Source: a virus (taxonomy: Duplodnaviria > Caudoviricetes). From it: a stretch of 58,221 bases of DNA. How positions within the stretch are numbered: position 1 is the first letter of the stretch; each line of letters begins with the position of its first letter. Shown here piece by piece: positions 1-8,890 of this stretch. The stretch is taken from IMG/VR virus record IMGVR_UViG_3300048591_001185, positions 1 through 58,221 of that record; one strand, given 5' to 3'. The translations under genes and the position numbers were made by a program. The notes beneath the pieces were generated by a model. It saw only the letters and a program-made list of their open reading frames with translations, did not search any database and was not told where the DNA came from.

Positions 1-4
1 TAGA

Positions 5-916
5 GTGCTTAAACAAGAAAATAAGGGCATTGAAGGATTAGATTTTTCTTTAATTAAGACTTGTACAAATAAATTATTAGATATTTGTAACATTCCTAAA
101 ATATCTGTTGGAATAATAGTTTACAACGGTAGTGATTATATTGAGCAGGTTATTAGGTCAATTTATGAAGTGGTGAATCAGGTGATAATAGTTGATGGTG
201 CAGTGAAAGGATATGGTGCTGTAAAACCATATAGCACAGATGGTACTATTGAAAAAATTAAAAAATTAAAAAATGAAATCGATATTTTAGACAAAATTGA
301 GCTTGTTGAGAATGGTGAAAAGTTTTATAAAGATAAAATTGACATGCAAAATGAAATAGCTAAAAGAGTTACTGGGGAATATTATGTTAAAATGGATGCT
401 GATGAGATATGGAAAAAGGAAACATTGTTGGATGCTATTACATATATGAAAGTAAATAATGTTGATGTATTGAGAATGCCATTTTATCATTTTTGGCTAA
501 GTTTTAAGAACATTGCTGTTGATAGTAATGGTAAATGGAGCACTAAACATCCAAGAATATGGAAATGGAATGAAAAATTTAGTCACAAAAATAGTTTCAA
601 TTATTTCCAAGATAAAAATGGTGCCAAAGTATCAGCACCAAATTATAATGAACAAGAATTTAATGGTGACAAAATATATCATTTTGGCTATGTTAGAAAG
701 TTAGAAATATTGAAACAAAAATTAGAATATTATAGAACAAGGGGTATTGAAAAATATTTCACAGATACTGTAACAAAATGGAAGGAATTAAATGATCCAA
801 CTCAACCAACTCAAAAATCTGATTCATGTGCTAAAAAATTTACAGGTGTCTTACCTGATGTTTTAAATGAACATCAATATTTGAATGTTAATGATATAAG
901 AGAATATAATGACTAA
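5..916 (+). CDS. GT2-like (GT-A fold) glycosyltransferase, probably 5'-truncated by the window edge
   Basis: ISVGIIVYN..IIVDG..STDGT, DxD motif MDADE, IYHFGY; the frame is open to the window start. Confidence 0.8.
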   Translation: MLKQENKGIEGLDFSLIKTCTNKLLDICNIPKISVGIIVYNGSDYIEQVIRSIYEVVNQVIIVDGAVKGYGAVKPYSTDGTIEKIKKLKNEIDILDKIELVENGEKFYKDKIDMQNEIAKRVTGEYYVKMDADEIWKKETLLDAITYMKVNNVDVLRMPFYHFWLSFKNIAVDSNGKWSTKHPRIWKWNEKFSHKNSFNYFQDKNGAKVSAPNYNEQEFNGDKIYHFGYVRKLEILKQKLEYYRTRGIEKYFTDTVTKWKELNDPTQPTQKSDSCAKKFTGVLPDVLNEHQYLNVNDIREYND

Positions 917-2093
917 ACAAATAATGAATATGGTAAATAACACAACTAAGAAAATAATGAACACAATGGAAGTATCTTCAGAAAAAATATTAAATGAAGT
1001 ATCTTCAGAAAAAATATTAAATGAAGTATCTTCAGAAAAAATATTAAATGAGGCAGGGTTAGAGATGATAAAAAGAAATAAAATAAAAAAATTGCCACCT
1101 ATATTAGATGTTGATTTGGAACATCTTGAATTAACATATAATTTTCAACTTAGTAAAAATTATCACAATAATAATGATTTAATTAAAATATGTTTCTATT
1201 CTCATTGCTTAAAAGATTGGAGAACATATATGAATTGGGGTGATTATTGGGTATTAAGGCAGCTACAATTTTATATAACTGAATTATATGGTGATAAAGT
1301 AAAGGTAGTGCCTGAAATTGTAGATGCTGATGTAGTGATATATTTATTTGGTTCAAATTATGATAATATTGATAAAAATAAATTTAATATAATTTGGCAT
1401 TATAGTCACCCTGAAAAAGTGAGCCCTGAAGAAATCAAAAAATATGATTATATGTTTTGTGCCTCAAGTAAATTTATTGATAAAGTGAAAAAATGGAATA
1501 TTGATAAATGTGTATTAGATACAGAACCATTATATGCCTGTACTGATTTTAAGTATAAGTCAAAAGTAAAATATGATATTGATGTTTTGTTTATAGGGAA
1601 TGCAAGAAGTAATTTACAGTATGGTAGAAAATCTATATATGATTTGAACTCAATAGCTAAAGATGAATGGAAGGTTGAATTGTATGGTGCTAAGTGGGAA
1701 TTACCCAGATATATTTATTCTCATAAATGGTATAAGGGCAAATACATACCTTATGATAAGTTGCCTGAAATGTATGCTGGTGCAAAAGTTAATTTAATTG
1801 ATGGACATGAAGAGATGCAAGATGCAGGATTTGTTTCAGCCAAAATATTTGATACAGCAGCAGCTGGTGGAAATATAGTAATGAAATACAATTCAGGAAT
1901 AAAGGAATTGTTTGGTGATAAAATAAAAATGTATCATAATTCCAAAGAGATGTGGCAACTGATTGATGGTGAAATTAAAAAACCAACTTTGAAAAAAGAT
2001 TTGAAAGAGCTGTCAAGAATTGCTAAAAAACACTCATATAAAAAAGTTGTCAAAAGAATATTTGGTGTGATTGAAAGGTATCATAATGGATAA
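909..2093 (+). CDS. CgeB-like (GT-B) glycosyltransferase
   Basis: WGDYW, DVLFIGN, ELYGAKW, YAGAKVNL, KIFDTAAAGG, HSY near the C-terminus, as in CgeB/Glyco_trans_1_2 proteins. Confidence 0.75.
   Translation: MTKQIMNMVNNTTKKIMNTMEVSSEKILNEVSSEKILNEVSSEKILNEAGLEMIKRNKIKKLPPILDVDLEHLELTYNFQLSKNYHNNNDLIKICFYSHCLKDWRTYMNWGDYWVLRQLQFYITELYGDKVKVVPEIVDADVVIYLFGSNYDNIDKNKFNIIWHYSHPEKVSPEEIKKYDYMFCASSKFIDKVKKWNIDKCVLDTEPLYACTDFKYKSKVKYDIDVLFIGNARSNLQYGRKSIYDLNSIAKDEWKVELYGAKWELPRYIYSHKWYKGKYIPYDKLPEMYAGAKVNLIDGHEEMQDAGFVSAKIFDTAAAGGNIVMKYNSGIKELFGDKIKMYHNSKEMWQLIDGEIKKPTLKKDLKELSRIAKKHSYKKVVKRIFGVIERYHNG
969..1049 (+). repeat. Perfect in-frame 27-bp tandem repeat x3 (EVSSEKILN)
   Basis: GAAGTATCTTCAGAAAAAATATTAAAT at 969, 996 and 1023. 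Confidence 0.95.
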
Positions 2094-2661
2094 GAAATAT
2101 GACAAAAATCCAAATACAGTTGAGTCATTGAATTGGCTATATTCCAAAAGATGGTCACCAGCATCTGAAAGAGAAAATGATTGGATGTATCCGTACATTG
2201 ATAAGCTATTGAAGGAAAATAATTTTGAAAAGATTTTAGAAGTTGGGTGTGGATTTGGTAAAACACTTTCATATATACAAAAGAAAATTCAAAACAAAGC
2301 TATATTAAAAGGCACTGACATTAATAAAATAGCAATGGAAAAAGGTGCTGAATATTATGATGGAATTATTTTTGAACAAGCCAATTATGAAACTGTAAAG
2401 GAAAATGAAGTTTGGGATTTCATTATTTGTTCTCAAACTCTTGAACATGTTGACAATCCTGTATTAATGATTAACAATATGAAAAGTGCTTTGAAGGAAA
2501 AAGGAACATTGTTGATAACAGTGCCCTGGCCAAAATCTAATTTAGACAATGGAGTGAAAGCACATTATTGGAGATTTTATGATTCAGATTTTAAGAAATT
2601 ATTGCCTGGATGTAAGGTGGAAAAATCAACAACAAGGATGGTAGTCATATGGACAAAATAA
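2071..2661 (+). CDS. Class I SAM-dependent methyltransferase
   Basis: ILEVGCGFG motif I, GTDIN, WDFIICSQTLEHV, LLITVP. Confidence 0.85.
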   Translation: MKGIIMDKKYDKNPNTVESLNWLYSKRWSPASERENDWMYPYIDKLLKENNFEKILEVGCGFGKTLSYIQKKIQNKAILKGTDINKIAMEKGAEYYDGIIFEQANYETVKENEVWDFIICSQTLEHVDNPVLMINNMKSALKEKGTLLITVPWPKSNLDNGVKAHYWRFYDSDFKKLLPGCKVEKSTTRMVVIWTK

Positions 2662-3446
2662 ATTATTATGATACAGATTTGGTGAATAAGATAATTGCCA
2701 ATTGGAAGTATAAAAAAATTGATGTATGTATATCAACTTACAATAGAAAATCATATTTGGAAAAAGTGGTGAACAGTTTATTGGCTTCAAGTCAATACAT
2801 AGGAAATATAATTGTTGCTGATGATGGCAGTGATGATGGCAGTTTAGAGCTATTGGAAAGCATGTTGAAAAGGGGCAAGATACAAAAGTTGATTAAGTGT
2901 AATAGAATTGGAACAGCTAATGTGCTCAATGCAGCAATAAATAATAGTGAATCTGAAATCATATTAATAAGCAATGATGATATGTATTTCCATAGACATT
3001 GGCAATATGCTGTAATGTATGCCTTTGAAAATTTAGAAGAATGTGGAATGGTTACAATATATGATTATGCCAAAGCATCAATGAGAGAAGATGGATTTAT
3101 AAAGGTTGATGATAATTTTGACTTAATAAAAAGAAGTGGAATGGGGTGTACAGCAATTAAGAAAGAAATGTTTGATATGGTTTGTGGATTTAATTTGCCT
3201 GCTAAAAATAAGATGGGATTTTTTGCCAGTACATTTTGTGAAAAAATAAAAAAATTGGAATGTAAAAATAAACTTCATTATATAACAAGACCAAATTTTG
3301 CAACTCATATTGACCACCCAAAAAATAGTTTATGTGATAGGGATATATTGGAGCAGTACAATCAATTTAGGTCAGAGAATAAAAAAGGAAAATCAACAAA
3401 AAATTATCTCAATCAATATAATATAAAGGAAACAGGCAATGAGTGA
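2649..3446 (+). CDS. GT2 family glycosyltransferase
   Basis: ISTYNR, IIVADDGSDDGS, SNDDMYF. Confidence 0.85.
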   Translation: MDKINYYDTDLVNKIIANWKYKKIDVCISTYNRKSYLEKVVNSLLASSQYIGNIIVADDGSDDGSLELLESMLKRGKIQKLIKCNRIGTANVLNAAINNSESEIILISNDDMYFHRHWQYAVMYAFENLEECGMVTIYDYAKASMREDGFIKVDDNFDLIKRSGMGCTAIKKEMFDMVCGFNLPAKNKMGFFASTFCEKIKKLECKNKLHYITRPNFATHIDHPKNSLCDRDILEQYNQFRSENKKGKSTKNYLNQYNIKETGNE

Positions 3447-3966
3447 AATTATTAAACTAAATATTGGAGCAGGTGGAACAAAGAAAGATGGATTTGTTTC
3501 AGTTGATGCTTTTAATAAAAAGGCAGACATACTTGCACCAGCAAATGATACTGGATTTAGTGATGATTCAATTGATGAAATTTTTAGTTCACATATGATA
3601 GAACATATTGACAGAGCCCAACTGCCTGATGTTTTATCACATTGGTACAACATTTTAAAAAAGGGTGGTAAGGTTCATATATTAGTACCCAATGCTCAAT
3701 TGTATTTGAAAGAATGGTTGGCTGCTGTTGAAAGAAAGGATTGGGAACATTTAGAAGGTTGGGGCACCAGATGGATAATGGGATTTGAAGGCAAAGGAAC
3801 TGGAATGTATCATGTAAATTTATTCCACCCAGAAACATTAAAAAGAGCACTTGAGAAAATAGGATTCAAAGTTGAATCTTGTGGTGCAGTACCAACCAGA
3901 GTCAAATCAATGACTCATTTTGAGTACAGAAACAATGGAGACATAGAATGCATAGCAATAAAATAA
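3439..3966 (+). CDS. Methyltransferase type 11-like protein
   Basis: LNIGAG, DEIFSSHMIEHI, LKKGGKVHILVPN. Confidence 0.8.
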   Translation: MSEIIKLNIGAGGTKKDGFVSVDAFNKKADILAPANDTGFSDDSIDEIFSSHMIEHIDRAQLPDVLSHWYNILKKGGKVHILVPNAQLYLKEWLAAVERKDWEHLEGWGTRWIMGFEGKGTGMYHVNLFHPETLKRALEKIGFKVESCGAVPTRVKSMTHFEYRNNGDIECIAIK

Positions 3967-4931
3967 ATATAATGTATTTGGGTGCTTTTGGAAAACATTG
4001 TTCAGATTCTTACAGGTTGAAAGGAATAAAAGAAAGTGGAATGTACAATTTGGTATGTTGGTTAGATTATAGAGAATTGCACAAACAACATGGTGATAAT
4101 TTTGTTTACAAGATTAATGAAATGATTGGTGATAATGAGCCTGATGTTTTATTGATAAACAAAGGTGAGCTAATAACTGGTGACCATATAAAATATTGGA
4201 AAGAAAATTTTGAAAATTTGGTTGTTGCTTATTGGTATGGTGATATGAGAGATGGAATATCAGAATATGTGCTTGATAAAATTTCAGGAATTGATTTATT
4301 CCTTACCAATTGTGATGAAGATTGGTATGTTGATGAGATAAGTAAATTGGGTATTGATAAGCATAGAATATTTTTCAGTCATACAGCAACTGACTGTGAT
4401 ACATTTAAGCAACAAAATGTAGAAAAGCAATATGATATAATATTTTTTGGTGGCAATTATAAGAATAAATTTGACCACAGTGAAATAAGAACTAATTACA
4501 TACAAAGACTTATTAATTCAGGCAAGTATAGTATAAAAATATTTGGGTTGAATTGGAATACATTAGGTGCTGCTGAAAGACCAGTGTATGGTGATACATT
4601 TTCTAAGCAGGCCAGCAAAGCAAAAATAATACTTGGGTTCAGTTCATATCTTGATAGAAATCATTACACCAGCAATAGAATTTGGAACAGTATGGCTTGT
4701 GGATTTCATTTGACTCATTATTTTAAGGGCATTGAAGATTATTTTGAGAATGGAAAAGATTTAGTTTGGTTTGATACTTATGAAGAGATGGACAAACAAA
4801 TTGATTATTATTTGAAAAATAAAAAAGAAAGAAATGAAATATTTTTAAAGGGCAGGGAAAACATATGTAACAATCATACATATAAAAATAGGGCAATTGA
4901 AATGTATAAAATTTTCAAAAAATTTTTATAG
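3948..4931 (+). CDS. CgeB-like glycosyltransferase
   Basis: YWYGD, YDIIFFGG, IFGLNW, SNRIWNSMACG, HTYKNRA. Confidence 0.8.
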   Translation: MHSNKINIMYLGAFGKHCSDSYRLKGIKESGMYNLVCWLDYRELHKQHGDNFVYKINEMIGDNEPDVLLINKGELITGDHIKYWKENFENLVVAYWYGDMRDGISEYVLDKISGIDLFLTNCDEDWYVDEISKLGIDKHRIFFSHTATDCDTFKQQNVEKQYDIIFFGGNYKNKFDHSEIRTNYIQRLINSGKYSIKIFGLNWNTLGAAERPVYGDTFSKQASKAKIILGFSSYLDRNHYTSNRIWNSMACGFHLTHYFKGIEDYFENGKDLVWFDTYEEMDKQIDYYLKNKKERNEIFLKGRENICNNHTYKNRAIEMYKIFKKFL

Positions 4932-4940
4932 GATAATGAC

Positions 4941-5465
4941 ATGCTGAGACTGAAATATTTATATAAAGATAACTGTTCATGGCAAAATCTTGAATTTCTA
5001 AGGAATACAAGAAGTCACCCAAATATCATTGAAAATGTATTTCATAGCAAAAAAATTACAAGAATAGAACAAGAAGAATGGTATGAAAAAGATTATTCAG
5101 CTGACCCAAATTATATGATATGGATTGTTTATGATGATGATAAACAATCCCCAATAGCTTATATACAATATCACTTGGAAAGCCTGATACACAGAAGATG
5201 TAATGTTGGATATGTTATTTCACCTGAATATTCATGTGTTTCAAATAATTATGATAAAAAAGTAATAAAAGAAATGATTAAAAATGTTAAAGGTTGGAAG
5301 GATGAAATACATAGACTTGAAACTAAAATTTTTACAACAGATAAAATTAGAATTGAGAAATTAACTGATTGTGGGTTTGAAATTGATGGAATTATTAGAG
5401 ATTACATTTTTAAAGATAGTGAATATAGAGATGTTTATTTGCTGTCATATTTATTAGGTTCTTAA
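4941..5465 (+). CDS. GNAT acetyltransferase (RimJ/RimL/PseH-like)
   Basis: ITRIEQEEWY, VGYVISPEY, CGFEIDGIIRD..YRDVYLLS. Confidence 0.7.
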   Translation: MLRLKYLYKDNCSWQNLEFLRNTRSHPNIIENVFHSKKITRIEQEEWYEKDYSADPNYMIWIVYDDDKQSPIAYIQYHLESLIHRRCNVGYVISPEYSCVSNNYDKKVIKEMIKNVKGWKDEIHRLETKIFTTDKIRIEKLTDCGFEIDGIIRDYIFKDSEYRDVYLLSYLLGS

Positions 5466-5553
5466 ATAGTATGTTAATATTGCTGTTTTAAGGTTCATAG
5501 GGTATTTTTAGGTTATATTTATTTCAGTTATTAAAAAAGGAAAATTAGATAAA

Positions 5554-6186
5554 ATGTCATTTTATAGTGATAAAACAAAGGCAGTTAATTTAGCTGGTGT
5601 TAGTGCTGATGTTATAATTGATGAGATGCAAGAAATGATTGACTCATGGATTGATACTACCATTAAGTGGGATGGATTTGGTAGTTCAGTATCTATTACT
5701 GAATATTATAATATTGATAAAATGTTACAATCTGAAATAATTTTGAAACATTTTCCTGTGGTATCTATTTCAGAAATTATTGATAATGCTCAAAGTGATG
5801 CACCAAGAATAATTTCTTTAGGTTCATATACATTTGATTCAGAAAGTGGAATTGTGCAATTAAAAAATTATGTAGATGAATATGATGATGGTACATATGC
5901 TGTGCATTATTTTACAAAAGGTAAATCAGCTGTAAAAATTACTTATGTATATGGTTTTACTACAGTGCCTGATGTTATTACAAAATTAGCAACATTCTTA
6001 TTAGCAAAATGGGCAAAGATAAAAGGCATACAGGCATCAGCAGATATTGAAAATTTAAAGTCAATAAGAATTGGTGATTATTCTGAAAGTTATGATTTAG
6101 GATTTATGAATGTTAAAAGTGAATTTGATAGTATAATTGAACCAATGATTAAAAGAGTACAGGCATATTATTCTGATGGAGTGTAA
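5554..6186 (+). CDS. Head-tail connector/adaptor protein
   Basis: FPVVSISEI, ITYVYGFTTVPDVI, SIRIGDYSESY motifs; position before the head closure gene. Confidence 0.7.
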   Translation: MSFYSDKTKAVNLAGVSADVIIDEMQEMIDSWIDTTIKWDGFGSSVSITEYYNIDKMLQSEIILKHFPVVSISEIIDNAQSDAPRIISLGSYTFDSESGIVQLKNYVDEYDDGTYAVHYFTKGKSAVKITYVYGFTTVPDVITKLATFLLAKWAKIKGIQASADIENLKSIRIGDYSESYDLGFMNVKSEFDSIIEPMIKRVQAYYSDGV

Positions 6187-6190
6187 TTGA

Positions 6191-6580
6191 ATGAAAACAA
6201 TACCAAATAGATTATTGAATAAAAGTGTAACAATAACAAAGTTTATTCAAACAGTGAATAATACAGGTGATGTTAGCAATACAAGAACTGTTGTATCAAC
6301 TGGTGTTAAGATGAGAATAAACTTAAATAAAACTAATAATTCAGAATATGGCAATAATGAGTCAGGTAAATTTGCCACCAGTACTCACAAGGCATTCAGC
6401 AATATAGGCATTGATATTAACATAGGATATTTTATTGAAGATGGTAATAAGACTTATAGTGTTGATGCTATTGACTTTGAACCTGGTGGTGAAATTAGTC
6501 ATCATTATGAAATAGGAATAACATTAATTCAGCCAGAACAAACTGGAATTGTAGAATCACCTTTATATATTGGAGAATAA
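6191..6580 (+). CDS. Head closure (SPP1 gp16-like) protein
   Basis: Size, synteny, HHYEI near the C-terminus. Confidence 0.6.
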   Translation: MKTIPNRLLNKSVTITKFIQTVNNTGDVSNTRTVVSTGVKMRINLNKTNNSEYGNNESGKFATSTHKAFSNIGIDINIGYFIEDGNKTYSVDAIDFEPGGEISHHYEIGITLIQPEQTGIVESPLYIGE

Positions 6581-6581
6581 T

Positions 6582-7055
6582 ATGCCAAGTGTACTTTCTG
6601 GATTCAAAGGTACAGCTGGTGGAAAATTTGGTTTCACTGTAAGTGGTGGTCAATCAGCAATTAAAAAATTAGAAAATTATGCCAATACAAGCAGAACAAA
6701 ATTATTGGTTGCTGTTAAAAAATCATTAATAACAGTTGAAGCTGAAGCAATTAGATTAGTCACTGGTGGGACATATTGGAAAAATCCTATTGATACCAGA
6801 AGGATGATTGGTTCAATAACAAATCAACTTGTAACATTTAGTGCTGTAAAGATTGAAGGTAAAGTTGGAACTAATGTTGAATATGCTATTTATGTACATG
6901 AAGGAACTGAGATGATGGCAAAAGGTGCTAAAAATAGAAGCAAAGGTACTGATGATAAAGGCAAAAGACCATTTTTAACAGATGCACTTGAAAATAAAAA
7001 ATTAGAGATAACAGCAATGATTATTGAAGCATATAAATTAGACATATACAAATGA
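6582..7055 (+). CDS. HK97 gp10-like neck/tail completion protein
   Basis: PIDTRRMIGSI, VGTNVEYAIYVHEGT, RPFL; GGAG SD before ATG 6582. Confidence 0.75.
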   Translation: MPSVLSGFKGTAGGKFGFTVSGGQSAIKKLENYANTSRTKLLVAVKKSLITVEAEAIRLVTGGTYWKNPIDTRRMIGSITNQLVTFSAVKIEGKVGTNVEYAIYVHEGTEMMAKGAKNRSKGTDDKGKRPFLTDALENKKLEITAMIIEAYKLDIYK

Positions 7056-7528
7056 ATGAATTAGAAAGTAAATCAGAAATATTATATTCATCAATTTACA
7101 GCATATTAAAAAATGATGATACGAACACAGGTAAAACTGTTAGAGAAATAAATTTTTATGTAGCAGACAGGATTGTTAGAAAATATTTAAGACACAATTT
7201 TGGCAATCCTAAAATATTGATGGAAATAACTGAACAAGTTTCAAATTTAGGTTTACCAACAGCAAAATATTTATTAGAATTAACAGCTGTTGTTGATGAA
7301 ACTGAAAACTATGCTTTAACAATCATAGATAGAATATGTTCAAGGATTGAATTTTTATTTAATAAAAAACAAACATCAATAAATCTTGTTTATCCAAGCA
7401 AAAATTTAAGATGTAGAACAATAAATAAAATGTCTGCAATACCATCATATGATGGTTTAGAAAAAGTACATAAGAAAAACATCATATTTGATATTATAGT
7501 TGATGATGAAAATTTAGAATGTAATTAA
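7052..7528 (+). CDS. Putative tail terminator protein
   Basis: Synteny between the gp10-like gene and tail tube; size. Confidence 0.5.
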   Translation: MNELESKSEILYSSIYSILKNDDTNTGKTVREINFYVADRIVRKYLRHNFGNPKILMEITEQVSNLGLPTAKYLLELTAVVDETENYALTIIDRICSRIEFLFNKKQTSINLVYPSKNLRCRTINKMSAIPSYDGLEKVHKKNIIFDIIVDDENLECN

Positions 7529-7560
7529 TAAAAAAATACTAATAAAATGGAGAAAATAAA

Positions 7561-8010
7561 ATGATTCAATTTGGTATGGCAACAATGCTTTTTGGTGGTG
7601 AAGAAATAGGATGCTTACAAGGTGTGAGCTTAGATTTTTCTTTTAACACTGCTGAATTATACTGTGGTAATGGAATATTTCCACAAGATGTAAGGGTACA
7701 CTCAGGTACAATCACTGGTAATGCTGAGTTTGCAGATTTAACAGCAACAGCTTTTGAAAAAATTCTTGGTGGTACAAGAGTTAATGATACAATATCATTA
7801 ACTGAATCCACTAAACCATCAACTTTTGCTATGGTAACTACATTGGTAACTGATGGTGTTAGTTTTGTTGTAACATTCCCTGCAGTTAGGTCAACAAAAC
7901 TTTCTTTGGCTTTTGTTAGAGATGGGCATTTAATTCCTAATTTTGATTTTTCAATTGAGGCTGATGCTAATGGAAGTGTAGCAACTATTGATGTTGGTGA
8001 TGTATCTTAA
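7561..8010 (+). CDS. Major tail (tube) protein
   Basis: Beta-rich composition, GGAG SD, position before chaperone and tape measure genes. Confidence 0.65.
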   Translation: MIQFGMATMLFGGEEIGCLQGVSLDFSFNTAELYCGNGIFPQDVRVHSGTITGNAEFADLTATAFEKILGGTRVNDTISLTESTKPSTFAMVTTLVTDGVSFVVTFPAVRSTKLSLAFVRDGHLIPNFDFSIEADANGSVATIDVGDVS

Positions 8011-8020
8011 AAATGCTGTA

Positions 8021-8110
8021 AGACAGGCAGGTTGTTATAGAAGTGTTTTTGCCTGGACACTGAAATAGCAGCTTGTTCTGTCTAATTATTTTATCAGGCA
8101 ATCAGGCAAA
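8021..8110 (+). other. Long intergenic hairpin with possible loop-tail pseudoknot
   Basis: AGACAGGCAGGTTGTTAT..AGTGT pairs with ACACT..ATAGCAGCTTGTTCTGTCT; apical TTGCCTG is complementary to two downstream CAGGCAA copies. Confidence 0.55.
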
Positions 8111-8126
8111 TTAAGGAAATAAAAAA

Positions 8127-8537
8127 ATGAGTACAGAAAAAGAAGTAAATGAAATTTTAGGGTTTGGTGAAGAATTAGAAGTGTTGGTTGGTGTTGATAA
8201 AGACACAAAAGAAAAATTAACCAAAAAATATCACTTTTCACCAGTTCCATTAAAGAAAATTCCAGCATTAATGAATTTATTGAATGCATTCTTTTTAGCA
8301 TCAGAAAAAAATGATTGGAATGAAGATATAATCAAAAAATGTTCAAAGATGTTAAAGATGTCATTAGAAAAAATGCACCCAGATATAAGTGATGAAGAAA
8401 TTGAAAACAATTTCAGTCTTGGTGCCTTAGCTAAAGGCATAAGCATTGTTATGGATATCAATGATTTTTTATCACAAATGCAGAAGATGAATCAAAAAAT
8501 GGTAGTCAACAATCCACTGACATCAAACAAGGCATAA
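8127..8537 (+). CDS. Tail assembly chaperone (G)
   Basis: Position between tail tube and tape measure; overlapping open -1 frame. Confidence 0.7.
   Translation: MSTEKEVNEILGFGEELEVLVGVDKDTKEKLTKKYHFSPVPLKKIPALMNLLNAFFLASEKNDWNEDIIKKCSKMLKMSLEKMHPDISDEEIENNFSLGALAKGISIVMDINDFLSQMQKMNQKMVVNNPLTSNKA
8465..8471 (+). other. Programmed -1 ribosomal frameshift slippery site T TTT TTA
   Basis: X XXY YYZ heptamer in the chaperone frame (D-F-L); the -1 frame is open from 8465 to 8890. Confidence 0.75.
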
Positions 8538-8890
8538 GTCTAAAAAGTCTTGTTCATCTATTTGCAGAGAAATATGGCTGGTCAATAGAATATGTGATGA
8601 ATTTAACAAGAAAACAGATTAAATTATTGAGTGAAGGAAGTAATGAAATTGCTGATTTAACTGAAGAAATAAAAGATGAGAAGATGAATGAATATAAAAA
8701 CAAAAGCAATAAAATTGGTGATGCCAAAAGTTTTTTCAATAGGAAAAAACCAATGTCAAAATACAATGCTGATAAAAAATCATCAGAATCATTTTATCAA
8801 TTATTTTCAATACCAGGTATAAAAATGACAAAAAAAGCAAGAAAAAAATTTATAGACAGTAAAAAAAGGGCTGATAATGCCAATAGATAG
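8465..8890 (+). CDS. Tail assembly chaperone T segment (G-T frameshift product)
   Basis: The -1 frame reads ..LFAEKYGWSIEYVMNLTRKQI.., a typical gpT-like motif lying mostly upstream of the tracked GTG at 8594. Confidence 0.7.
   Translation, partial: FFITNAEDESKNGSQQSTDIKQGISLKSLVHLFAEKYGWSIEYVMNLTRKQIKLLSEGSNEIADLTEEIKDEKMNEYKNKSNKIGDAKSFFNRKKPMSKYNADKKSSESFYQLFSIPGIKMTKKARKKFIDSKKRADNANR

Noticed and set aside
5466-5553. Possible reverse copy of the TATCAAA-N22-CAGCACT element
   Set aside because: Only TGCTG matches; the second half-site is absent at the required spacing.
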